Origin: Patescibacteria group bacterium | GTDB lineage: Bacteria > Patescibacteriota > Minisyncoccia > Phycocordibacterales > SIBU01 | Reading direction: 5' to 3' | Length of the DNA stretch: 64,000 nucleotides | NCBI GenBank assembly: GCA_040390045.1 | Contig: JAZJZC010000001.1 | Coordinates: 172,005-236,004 of the forward strand | In this document: in pieces, positions 44,758 through 52,896 of the stretch | How positions within the stretch are numbered: position 1 is the first letter of the stretch | Layout of the letters: each line of letters begins with the position of its first letter | Made by a program: the position numbers and the translations under genes | The notes under the pieces: generated by a model | Databases searched by the model: none | What the model was told of the DNA's origin: nothing | Seen by the model: only the letters and a program-made list of their open reading frames with translations

Positions 44758-45195
44758 TTATTTTTTGAAAACTAAAAAATATGGGAGTTTATCCATTCCT
44801 GTATAGGTAAACATTTCATAATTTGCTCTACGGGCAGTTTCAGAAAGACGATAGTTGGAGAGATTCTTTTTTGGAACAAAGGGATAAAACCTTACCTCTT
44901 GTTTTGTCTCCCCTTTTTCTGACCATTTGAAATTTAAAAATAGAGGCGGGGTCATATAACCAGACTTTAAAACCTTATTCATTATCTGCCACCCAGCACC
45001 AAAGACTACGGATTTAGGTTTACTTTGATTTGTTTTGACTTGTGCTCGGAAAGAGCAACCCGTGCACTGAACATCGTACAAAGGATAATTCGGTGGTAAT
45101 TTCATCAAACTTTTTCCGCAATTTGGACACGGAACAAGTTCGACAATTTCTTGTTCTCCTGAGTTTCCTGATTCTTTGTTAGTTATTTTCTTCAT
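44758..45195 (-). CDS. DpnI/Dam-replacing-family-like nuclease domain
   Basis: CPNCG..L..LP.N.P..D..C..C...QVK, GA...M and LS.TARRA match the DpnI catalytic domain pattern as I recall it. Confidence 0.7.
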   Translation of the reverse strand: MKKITNKESGNSGEQEIVELVPCPNCGKSLMKLPPNYPLYDVQCTGCSFRAQVKTNQSKPKSVVFGAGWQIMNKVLKSGYMTPPLFLNFKWSEKGETKQEVRFYPFVPKKNLSNYRLSETARRANYEMFTYTGMDKLPYFLVFKK

Positions 45196-45235
45196 AGATT
45201 TCAATGCTCTTCGGAGTCCGAACCTATCTCAAACT

Positions 45236-45262
45236 GGCTGGGAACTTGGACCGCGAGTACGC
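45236..45262 (-). repeat. Degenerate second att-like copy of the tRNA 3' end
   Basis: GGCTGGGAACTTGGACCGCGAGTACGC versus GGCTGGGGGACTTGGACCGCGGGTACGC at 43983. Confidence 0.75.
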
Positions 45263-45457
45263 GTATCGAAACTTACAGTTTCAGTACACCTTTCCCGTTT
45301 TTTCCTCATCTGAATGACTCAAAAACATGGGAGAAGGTCTTCGATTCCAGGACGAAAGTGCGTTTAGCACTTTCGTCCCCCATGACATTTTTATAGCAAT
45401 AAAACATGTCCGTCGAAATTTACTAATTTCGACGCGATTTTTACGCTTAAAAATCGG

Positions 45458-45528
45458 CTGGGGGACTTGGAATCGAACCAAAATTAACGGCTTCAAAGGC
45501 CGCTGTCCGACCATTAGACGATCCCCCA
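45458..45528 (-). tRNA. tRNA-Gln (TTG), CCA not encoded
   Basis: Acceptor stem TGGGGGA/TCCCCCA; anticodon arm GCGGC-CTTTGAA-GCCGT; GTTCGATT T-loop. Confidence 0.95.
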
Positions 45529-45537
45529 ATGGCACTT

Positions 45538-46221
45538 CTAATCTCTAGAACTTAAATATACTACTACACCTTCTACCCATCCCGCAATCTTCCGATTGAG
45601 CGAAATACTTCTACTGACGATGACAGACAATACCCCTCGATAATCTTCTCCGACCCTCCTACGCTTAGTTTTTGGGTTATGTTTTTTAAAGTAAACCTTA
45701 AGTTTATCCTCTCGAAATTTGAGATTTTGCTTCCAATATTTTTTTGCGCTTTCTACATCAGCTTTCTCATGAATGAACAATTCAAAGCGTGTGTCTCCAT
45801 CAACAACCTGTAAATATTGGTGGATCCAATTCAAAAAAATCTTGTGAGCCTGTAAATCCATGTTGGTAAACTTCACAGGACAAGCAATCGCGTGCTCTTT
45901 TGATCCTTCAGCCCAATACAAAATAACCCCCGTTAACCAGAACGGGTCCCGAATCAGCGAAGCGACTTCTTGCCTTGCCGAATCTTTAATATCTTTTACT
46001 CTCCTAATTTTATTTCTCCGTACAGCATCAACACCCCTCAATCTGCCTGCAATTCTTTTTTCTGTAATAACTTGTTTTTGCTTTTTTGCCAACCCAACAT
46101 CACGGAGCCACAGCGAAATAGTAGACTTGGCAACCGGAATTTGTTTCAAAATTTCCGAATACGAAAGACCCTTTCTGCGCAGAGCAATAGTTTCTTCCTT
46201 GAGTTTTCCTTTTGTAAACAT
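45538..46221 (-). CDS. HTH + LAGLIDADG-like protein adjacent to tRNA
   Basis: LRRKGLSYSEI...VAKSTISLW HTH; GVILYWAEGSK...F.N.D motif; ends 9 bp before the tRNA. Confidence 0.7.
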   Translation of the reverse strand: MFTKGKLKEETIALRRKGLSYSEILKQIPVAKSTISLWLRDVGLAKKQKQVITEKRIAGRLRGVDAVRRNKIRRVKDIKDSARQEVASLIRDPFWLTGVILYWAEGSKEHAIACPVKFTNMDLQAHKIFLNWIHQYLQVVDGDTRFELFIHEKADVESAKKYWKQNLKFREDKLKVYFKKHNPKTKRRRVGEDYRGVLSVIVSRSISLNRKIAGWVEGVVVYLSSRD

Positions 46222-46269
46222 CGAACAATGATTATACACTATATAATAGCATACTACCGTTCGAAATAC

Positions 46270-47310
46270 TTATTTTGTTTGTGGGGAGAAAATTTTGACT
46301 AACGCAAGCTCTATAGGTAGAGCCGGAATATGAGCTCGGGAGATAGAGTCATAGGCCAAAAGAAGCTCAGATAAAAGAACCGAGGAAATGGAAGAATCTT
46401 TGGCAGAGGCGAGCGAGCTTAAATATTTAAAATCCTCAGGCGAAACTTCATCGGCAATTTCTTTTTCTAGCTCATGAGCGTATCGCAACAGCAAAACATA
46501 GCGCAATTTTTGAAGCACTAGTTGCATAAAAACTTTAGCATCAATATTTTTCTCGAGCGCTTGGTGGAGCGCCACAATCGCAGGTTCAACTTCCTTTTTT
46601 GAAAGCGCTTCAATAAAATTGTTGACGATAGAACTTTTCGGCGCGCCCGTAACCACTTCGACTTCTGCGAGAGAAACCTTTTTATCTTTCGAGGCACTCA
46701 TCACCTTCTGCAAAATTCCCTGCGTATCGCGGAAAGAACCGTCGCCCAAAAGTGAAATGAGCTCCCCCACTCCCGCCTCAAGTGAAAATCCCTCTTTTTT
46801 GGCAACAGAGGCGATTGACTGTTTAAGAATTTCACTCGTTGGTCGCTTTAGTTGAAAAACCTGACAACGCGAAAGAATAGTTTCTGGAAGCTTGTCGACT
46901 TCGGTGGTAGCTAAGATGAAAACCACATGCTTCGGCGGCTCCTCCAAAGTTTTGAGAAGTGCATTGAAAGCCGATTTGGAAAACATGTGTACCTCATCAA
47001 GAATGTAAACTTTGTACGGCGAACTGAAAGGCAGTGTGCTCACAGCTTCGTTTAGAATTCGCATTTCATCAACGCCGTTGTTTGAAGCGGCGTCAATTTC
47101 GTAAATGTCATCTGCACTCGCGCCAATTTCTTTCGCCACGATTCTGGCGAGTGTTGTCTTGCCCGTTCCGCGTGATCCGGCGAAAAGATAGGCATGGGAA
47201 ATGTTCCCAAGCTTCAGTGCGCCTTCGAGAGTTTTAACTACATGATCTTGCCCGATCACCTCCTTAAAAGATTTGGGACGGTATTTTCTATATAGAGCTA
47301 TTTCTGGCAT
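46270..47310 (-). CDS. dnaX: DNA polymerase III gamma/tau
   Basis: ALYRKYRP, GSRGTGKTT, EIDAASN, DEVHM and ILSRCQ motifs. Confidence 0.96.
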   Translation of the reverse strand: MPEIALYRKYRPKSFKEVIGQDHVVKTLEGALKLGNISHAYLFAGSRGTGKTTLARIVAKEIGASADDIYEIDAASNNGVDEMRILNEAVSTLPFSSPYKVYILDEVHMFSKSAFNALLKTLEEPPKHVVFILATTEVDKLPETILSRCQVFQLKRPTSEILKQSIASVAKKEGFSLEAGVGELISLLGDGSFRDTQGILQKVMSASKDKKVSLAEVEVVTGAPKSSIVNNFIEALSKKEVEPAIVALHQALEKNIDAKVFMQLVLQKLRYVLLLRYAHELEKEIADEVSPEDFKYLSSLASAKDSSISSVLLSELLLAYDSISRAHIPALPIELALVKIFSPQTK

Positions 47311-47311
47311 G

Positions 47312-47435
47312 AAAGGGCTACGTGGTTGGCCTATTTCTTTGTTGCTTCACGATTTTACTCCCGCAACGTATATGAATACGTTTTAGTCGCAAAATCGCTT
47401 GCGCCTCGAACTACATCCAACCCCGTAAGCCCTTT
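47312..47435. mobile_element. 124-bp structured repeat in the dnaX leader
   Basis: Outer inverted repeat AAAGGGCT/AGCCCTTT; core shared with the 33846 copy. Confidence 0.75.
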
Positions 47436-47482
47436 AGTATAACAGATTTGTTTGGGTAAAAAAAAGAACCCCGAGTTGGAGT

Positions 47483-47731
47483 TCAAGACAAAAATCTCAT
47501 GCAATCGCCGACGCGACTGGCCAACACACAGACACAGTTCACAAAGTGACCCAGTCTGGATATTTCCCGGCTGTCCAAGTCGGATGAATCGAACCACGCA
47601 TTCCGGCAACCATAGGTGCAAAAATGTCTCCACTGACCGTTTGGAAGGTTGAAATGGGTTCCGTGGTCGACGTCTTTTATGGCAATTCCGCAATTGTAAC
47701 AATAGAGTTTCAGCATAAACCTTGGCTTCAA
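47483..47731 (-). CDS. Possible small Zn-binding (TRASH/YHS-like) protein
   Basis: CxxC...FCxxxC pattern; short ORF. Confidence 0.35.
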   Translation of the reverse strand: MKPRFMLKLYCYNCGIAIKDVDHGTHFNLPNGQWRHFCTYGCRNAWFDSSDLDSREISRLGHFVNCVCVLASRVGDCMRFLS

Positions 47732-47795
47732 CGGTGGTTAAGGTACCGAAAACACTCGGGAGAGTATAGCAAAAAGGGGGTTAGACGCAAACGAG

Positions 47796-47831
47796 AAACC
47801 CCCGGCCGCGCGAAGCGCGGCCGGGGGTTTT
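47796..47831 (-). terminator. Intrinsic terminator after fba
   Basis: AAACCCCCGGCCGCGC-gaa-GCGCGGCCGGGGGTTT. Confidence 0.85.
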
Positions 47832-47845
47832 CCTGAATCTTAAAT

Positions 47846-48715
47846 CTATTCAAGACCATTAAACAACCTTAACTTCTCCCCTACCACCTTTTGCATTGCC
47901 AGTTTTGGTTCTTTCAGATATTTGTACGGTGAAATTTCATCGGGATGTTCTTGAAGAGAAAGCATCAAGGCTTTCCGGTACGCCACGCGAAGTTCGGTGT
48001 TGATATGTACGATCGCCACACCAGCTTTGATAGCGCCGAGAAAATCTTCGGGAGAATTTCCTGATCCGCCGTGAAGCACAAGAGGAATTCCTACCGCTTC
48101 TGAAATCTCAGCGATCCTTCCCAAATTAAGTGCAGGGTCTTTTCCGCCAGAAAGCATACCGTGAATATTTCCCACGGCTGGTGCCAACAAATCAGCTCCG
48201 GTTTCTTCCACAAATTTTTTCGCCTCATCTGGTTTTGTTAAAAATTCCTCAGAAATTTTCACGCCCGCTGGAATGCCTTCCAAAATTTTTGAGGATTTAC
48301 CGATAAAACCCAATTCCGCCTCGACGATAATTTCAGGGTTTACACTTCGGGCGTATTCCACACACTGCTTGGTCAATGCTACATTTTCGTCATGGGGTAA
48401 TTCAGTTCCATCAAAAATCACCGCATCAAAACCCGCATCCACCGCTTCTTTTACTTTTTCAAATGAATAGGTGTGATCAGCATTAAGGTACACAGGAAAA
48501 TCAAATTCATCGCGCAAACTTTTCACTAACGCCGCAACCTGCCGTACACCGACAAAACTTCGCTCGCCTTCTGACACACCGATAATGACCGGAACATTCA
48601 ATTCTTTGGCGGCATCAAACACTGCCCAAAAACCTTCGAGGTTGGAAATGTTGAAATGGCCGATGGCCACCTTACGCGAAACTGCGTCATCAATAGATTG
48701 TCTCAGCGATTTCAT
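47846..48715 (-). CDS. fba: Class II fructose-bisphosphate aldolase
   Basis: HFNISN, NADH, VEAELG, AVGNIHG, LVLHGGSG and HINTE motifs. Confidence 0.93.
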   Translation of the reverse strand: MKSLRQSIDDAVSRKVAIGHFNISNLEGFWAVFDAAKELNVPVIIGVSEGERSFVGVRQVAALVKSLRDEFDFPVYLNADHTYSFEKVKEAVDAGFDAVIFDGTELPHDENVALTKQCVEYARSVNPEIIVEAELGFIGKSSKILEGIPAGVKISEEFLTKPDEAKKFVEETGADLLAPAVGNIHGMLSGGKDPALNLGRIAEISEAVGIPLVLHGGSGNSPEDFLGAIKAGVAIVHINTELRVAYRKALMLSLQEHPDEISPYKYLKEPKLAMQKVVGEKLRLFNGLE

Positions 48716-48742
48716 GGCTAGATTGTACCACGGAGAGCACAC

Positions 48743-48770
48743 AACATGGAACATGGAGCACGGAACATGC
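48743..48770. repeat. 7-mer tandem repeat (AACATGG x4, degenerate)
   Basis: AACATGG AACATGG AGCACGG AACATGC. Confidence 0.7.
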
Positions 48771-48800
48771 TAAAACCATAAGGTATGTTAAAATAATTGA

Positions 48801-49796
48801 ATGTTTAATCGTACACCAGACTTCCTCGCCATTGGCGACATTACCACCGACGCTTTCATTCGCATAAAAGAAGCGAGTGTGCACTGCAATCTCAATAAAG
48901 AAAACTGTGAATTGTGTGTCAGCTTTGCTCAAAAAGTCCCTTATGAATTTGTGGAAGTCCTAAGGGCTGTGGGTAACGCATCGAATGCGGCGGTTTCAGC
49001 TAGTCGGCTCGGCCTATCTTCCGGATTGGTTGCCGACACAGGTAACGATCAGAATGGTAAAGAATGTCTCGCTGTTCTAAAAAAAGAAAAAGTTTCTAGC
49101 AATTTCGTGAGTACCCACAAAGGCATGGAAACCAACTATCACTACGTTTTGTGGTACGAAGATGAGCGAACCATTCTCGTCAAACATCAAGCCTTTCCAT
49201 ACAAACTTCCACATATCGGCTCACCGAAGTGGATCTATCTCAGTTCACTCGGTGGAAATACAGAAAAATACCACGACGAAATCGCGCTGCATTTGGAAAA
49301 ACATCCGGAAATTAAACTGGCCTTTCAACCGGGAACTTTTCAAATAAATCTCGGCGTGGAAAAATTGAAAAAAATCTACGCTCGAACCGAAGTGTTTGTC
49401 TGCAATAAAGAAGAGGCGGAAAAAATTCTCGGCGTGGGTGAAACTGACATAAAAGAACTTCTGAAAAAAATCCACGAGCTTGGACCAAAAATTGTTCTGA
49501 TAACTGATGGGCCAAAGGGTGCCTACGCCTTTGCAAATGACGTTTCTTTTTTCATGCCACCGTATCCAGATCCAAAACCTCCATTTGAACGGACCGGCGC
49601 GGGAGATGCCTTTGCCTCGACTTTTGTCACCGCACTCGCACTCGGTAAATCAATTGAAGAAGCGCTCCGCTGGGCGCCGATCAATTCGATGTCTGTGGTT
49701 CAACAAGTCGGGGCTCAACGAGGACTTTTGACTCAAGCAGGAATTGAAGAGTGGCTCAAAAAAGCTCCTCAGGATTATTTCCCAAAAAAGATTTAG
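48801..49796 (+). CDS. PfkB family carbohydrate kinase
   Basis: GNASNAAV...RLG, N.EEA, ITDG.KG and RTGAGDAF motifs. Confidence 0.92.
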   Translation: MFNRTPDFLAIGDITTDAFIRIKEASVHCNLNKENCELCVSFAQKVPYEFVEVLRAVGNASNAAVSASRLGLSSGLVADTGNDQNGKECLAVLKKEKVSSNFVSTHKGMETNYHYVLWYEDERTILVKHQAFPYKLPHIGSPKWIYLSSLGGNTEKYHDEIALHLEKHPEIKLAFQPGTFQINLGVEKLKKIYARTEVFVCNKEEAEKILGVGETDIKELLKKIHELGPKIVLITDGPKGAYAFANDVSFFMPPYPDPKPPFERTGAGDAFASTFVTALALGKSIEEALRWAPINSMSVVQQVGAQRGLLTQAGIEEWLKKAPQDYFPKKI

Positions 49797-49896
49797 TCAA
49801 CCTAAACGTATAATTTATTTAAAAATCAGTGATTGACTGATTGCTGATTAAACTGTACTCTGTTGGAAGTTACAACGCAGTACACTACCAAAACAT

Positions 49897-50112
49897 ATGA
49901 CGACAGTCATTTCCCAACCACCGCAAAATCTTGCTCGCCTCGCAGAGCAAGCTGTGCAAGCAGAATTGTTCTCCGCCGAAGACCAAGGCACTCATCAAGA
50001 ACGCGCCCGCGCCAAGGAAGCCGCTCCACGGTATCACGGCGAGATCACTCGCCAAACCAGCTTTGAGCGCTATCAATCGAGAGCAGCCTGGCTGGCCAAC
50101 ATCGGTCTCTAA
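49897..50112 (+). CDS. Small hypothetical protein
   Basis: ORF followed directly by a terminator hairpin (50116-50147). Confidence 0.45.
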   Translation: MTTVISQPPQNLARLAEQAVQAELFSAEDQGTHQERARAKEAAPRYHGEITRQTSFERYQSRAAWLANIGL

Positions 50113-50191
50113 CCCATTCCCACGCGACTCTGCGTGGGAATTTTTTTATCATTTTTATTCCCTTACCTTCTCTTAGTTTTTATTTTCTTGT

Positions 50192-50223
50192 CTTAATTTA
50201 GAGACCATAGTTTCTAAATTAAG
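50192..50223. repeat. Second copy of the 5125 palindrome
   Basis: CTTAATTTAGAGACCATAGTTTCTAAATTAAG, 30/32 identical. Confidence 0.85.
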
Positions 50224-50238
50224 CTTTGTAAAAAGTTC

Positions 50239-50814
50239 CTATCCTAACTTAAAAAGGGAAAGGTATTTATTCATGTTCCCCAAGGTGTCCGAAACAATAA
50301 ACCGAACTTCATCATCCGAAAGATTGAAAAAACTTTTTAAATCATTGATTTCTTTTTCACAATCAAATGGTAAAATCCAAACGCTTTTTTGAAACTGAAC
50401 AAACCCCAACCGTTTTAGCAAAAATCTCAAAGCGTTTCTTTTTGACCTATGCTCCGTTGCGATATCAAAGAGAACCAGTCTCCATTTTTTGTCCCACTTT
50501 TGTGGTCTAGCGATTTTTTTCTTATTGTAGAAATTATATTGCGCTGCGACCCTTTTGCCTTCTTGAGTTAAAGAAATATACACCTGTCCGTGTGTCTCTT
50601 CGTAGTGAATAAAACCAAGCCTGCGTAAATAATAAAAAGTGTTTCTAACTTTTTTCTCGTTGAATTCTTTCCGTATTCCCTGCAATAATTTTTGTACAGC
50701 ATGAGGATTGGATAAAACCAAAGTTACGGCTCCTGCTACAAGAAGAGCCCCCAACACCGTGTTAGTAAAGCTATTTTGGGGCTTATATTTATCTTTGTGT
50801 AACTTTAAAACCAT
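50239..50814 (-). CDS. PaaX-like protein (winged helix + Cas2/VapD-like domain)
   Basis: L.R.G.I...LT.EG winged helix; WDKKWRLV.FDI.....KR..LR..LK.LGF...QKSVW. Confidence 0.8.
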   Translation of the reverse strand: MVLKLHKDKYKPQNSFTNTVLGALLVAGAVTLVLSNPHAVQKLLQGIRKEFNEKKVRNTFYYLRRLGFIHYEETHGQVYISLTQEGKRVAAQYNFYNKKKIARPQKWDKKWRLVLFDIATEHRSKRNALRFLLKRLGFVQFQKSVWILPFDCEKEINDLKSFFNLSDDEVRFIVSDTLGNMNKYLSLFKLG

Positions 50815-50875
50815 GGTCTTTATACTACATAAATTTGTTACATGAGATTAAAAAATTAAAAAGATGGGGGCATTT

Positions 50876-51874
50876 TTATCTTTTCCTTTTCAAAACTTTT
50901 CTGGCCGCTTCTTTGATATGACTCGAACCCATTTTATAGTGTTCAATTAATTCTTCTGGAGTTCCTGACTGTCCAAACTGATCTGCCACACCGATAAATT
51001 CAATCGGCACCGGCATCCGACGCGCCAAACATTCTGCCACTGCCGAACCAAAACCTCCTGCCATTTGGTGTTCTTCTACAGTGACGATCGCTCCGGTTTC
51101 GTGCGCCAAATCAACCAAAGCTTTTTCATCAAGCGGTTTAATCGTGCCAAAATTTAAAACTTTTACCCGAACGCCTTCTCCCTCTAATTTTCGTGCCGCT
51201 TCGAGCGCCTTATGAACCAGTGCTCCCGTCGCCACAATCCCAACTTCAGCGTTGCCTTTTTCTGGAGCAAAGAAAACCTGTGCCTTCCCTATTTCAAACG
51301 GCGTAGCTTCGGTTGTCATAATCGGAGTTTTTTCACGAGCCAATCGTAAATACACCGGCGTGTTATTTTTGGCAATCGCCAGCGTAGCTTTTTTTGCCTC
51401 AATGGCATCGCATGGTGAAATCACCACCATCCTTGGCAAGACGCGCATGAGCGCAATGTCTTCAATCGCCTGATGCGTTCCGCCATCGGCCCCGACAGAA
51501 ACTCCAGAGTGTGAACCAACAATTTTTACTGGTCGGTCGTTGTAGCAAATAGTCGTGCGAATCTGTTCCCAGTTTCTTCCCGGATTAAACATGGCATACG
51601 ACGTGCAAAAAGGAATTTTTCCCATGGCCGCCATCCCACTCGCCACCGTCACCATGTTTTGTTCCGCCACGCCCATCTCCACAAATCGCTCTGGAAATTT
51701 TTTCCTAAACAAATGCATCTGGGTCGATTCAGTCAAATCGGCACACAACCCCACCACATTTTTATCTGCCTCTCCAGCAAGGAGAAGTCCCTCGCCGAAC
51801 CCTTTGCGAGTGGGCAGTTGCTCGACGTCTTTGTCGAAAAGTTTCGGATTTAATTTTAAACTTAAATTTAACAT
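50876..51874 (-). CDS. Transketolase, C-terminal subunit
   Basis: ADL..ST, GVAEQN, DGGTHQ, IKPLD and VEEH motifs. Confidence 0.93.
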   Translation of the reverse strand: MLNLSLKLNPKLFDKDVEQLPTRKGFGEGLLLAGEADKNVVGLCADLTESTQMHLFRKKFPERFVEMGVAEQNMVTVASGMAAMGKIPFCTSYAMFNPGRNWEQIRTTICYNDRPVKIVGSHSGVSVGADGGTHQAIEDIALMRVLPRMVVISPCDAIEAKKATLAIAKNNTPVYLRLAREKTPIMTTEATPFEIGKAQVFFAPEKGNAEVGIVATGALVHKALEAARKLEGEGVRVKVLNFGTIKPLDEKALVDLAHETGAIVTVEEHQMAGGFGSAVAECLARRMPVPIEFIGVADQFGQSGTPEELIEHYKMGSSHIKEAARKVLKRKR

Positions 51875-51888
51875 ACCTACTGATTTAT

Positions 51889-52104
51889 TTAGCTTAGTAT
51901 GGAATAAAATATGTAAAGAAACAAGAACGTAAGGGCGGAGGTAAGAGACCAAAAAAGAACTGGTTGTTCACTTCGATAAATATATCCACGGGTATTGCGA
52001 ACATACATCCTTCCCTTAGAAATCTCAAGCAGAAACCAGCAAAATAAAAAAACGATCGGTATTAAAACAAATATTTTCATCATTGTAATCTGTGGAGCAG
52101 GCAT
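51889..52104 (-). CDS. Small membrane hypothetical protein
   Basis: 2 TM; R.EQP..FW motif. Confidence 0.55.
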   Translation of the reverse strand: MPAPQITMMKIFVLIPIVFLFCWFLLEISKGRMYVRNTRGYIYRSEQPVLFWSLTSALTFLFLYIFYSILS

Positions 52105-52115
52105 TCGTATGTACT

Positions 52116-52430
52116 CTAACTCATGAACAAAGGCTGGTGACTACTGAGTATGGAATAAACCAAAATTGAAAAACAAACGACTGAGAAAATTATTAAAATG
52201 CCGCCTTCTGTTTTGCGAATTGCGTAATCTCTTTTAGATTGTGGGTAATTGTAGCTCGATTTTTTATTAAAAATCAAAACCAAACCCAAAATAAAAGACA
52301 GCAGAAAAAACGGCGGCCCGAAAAATAAAACCAATATAGCCGGTTCTTGGTTCGGACTCTGAGCGAGTACTGTCAAGTACATCGAGCTCAAAAGGAAAAG
52401 TAATTTTAAAATAGTTTCAAAGACTCTCAT
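52116..52430 (-). CDS. Small membrane hypothetical protein
   Basis: About 3 TM; tightly packed in the operon. Confidence 0.6.
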   Translation of the reverse strand: MRVFETILKLLFLLSSMYLTVLAQSPNQEPAILVLFFGPPFFLLSFILGLVLIFNKKSSYNYPQSKRDYAIRKTEGGILIIFSVVCFSILVYSILSSHQPLFMS

Positions 52431-52447
52431 GGGTAATGTATCTGAAC

Positions 52448-52891
52448 TTAACCCAGCGTAATCATATTAAAGACATGCAAGCCGATTACCAGGGTCACCG
52501 GCAAAAACATGCCAAAGTGAACAAAGGTTTTAAAGTCGCAATAACTTCTTTTTTTGACCGGCACTCGGTAAAAATAAAACCAATAAGTAAAAAGAAAAGT
52601 AAACGCGATAAACAAAACGTAGGTCAGACCTTGGTGCTCGGGTGTCAACAAATACAATTCCTTTAAAACACTCAAGACGGAGCTAGAAAAAAGTTCATAG
52701 GAAAAACCTTTTTGGAAAGAGACCGCTATCGCTCCCACAATCGCCAAGGAATAACTAAAAATTCCATAACACAGCACAAAAAACAAAATGTTTTTTTCGT
52801 GTTGATAATTTGGTTTTTTTCGAGCGGCTCTCATCGCATTACAAAAATATAACTTCTCCTTCCGTCCCATTATATCACGTTGCCTTAGCAA
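52448..52891 (-). CDS. Small membrane hypothetical protein
   Basis: About 3 TM; start codon uncertain. Confidence 0.55.
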   Translation of the reverse strand: MLRQRDIMGRKEKLYFCNAMRAARKKPNYQHEKNILFFVLCYGIFSYSLAIVGAIAVSFQKGFSYELFSSSVLSVLKELYLLTPEHQGLTYVLFIAFTFLFTYWFYFYRVPVKKRSYCDFKTFVHFGMFLPVTLVIGLHVFNMITLG

Positions 52892-52896
52892 AATTT

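Noticed and set aside
45281-45548. Short ORFs overlapping the tRNA and hairpin module (also ORFs 26532-26762, 33846-34043, 47355-47702 and 6058-6282)
   Set aside because: They overlap tRNA or structured repeats and have no protein-like features
48782-48799. 18-bp identity with 41079-41096
   Set aside because: Both are AT-rich extended -10 promoter regions; more likely convergence than a mobile repeat
50239-50814. CRISPR-Cas system (Cas2-like domain)
   Set aside because: No repeat-spacer array or other cas genes in the window; the domain is fused to a winged helix as in PaaX-like proteins
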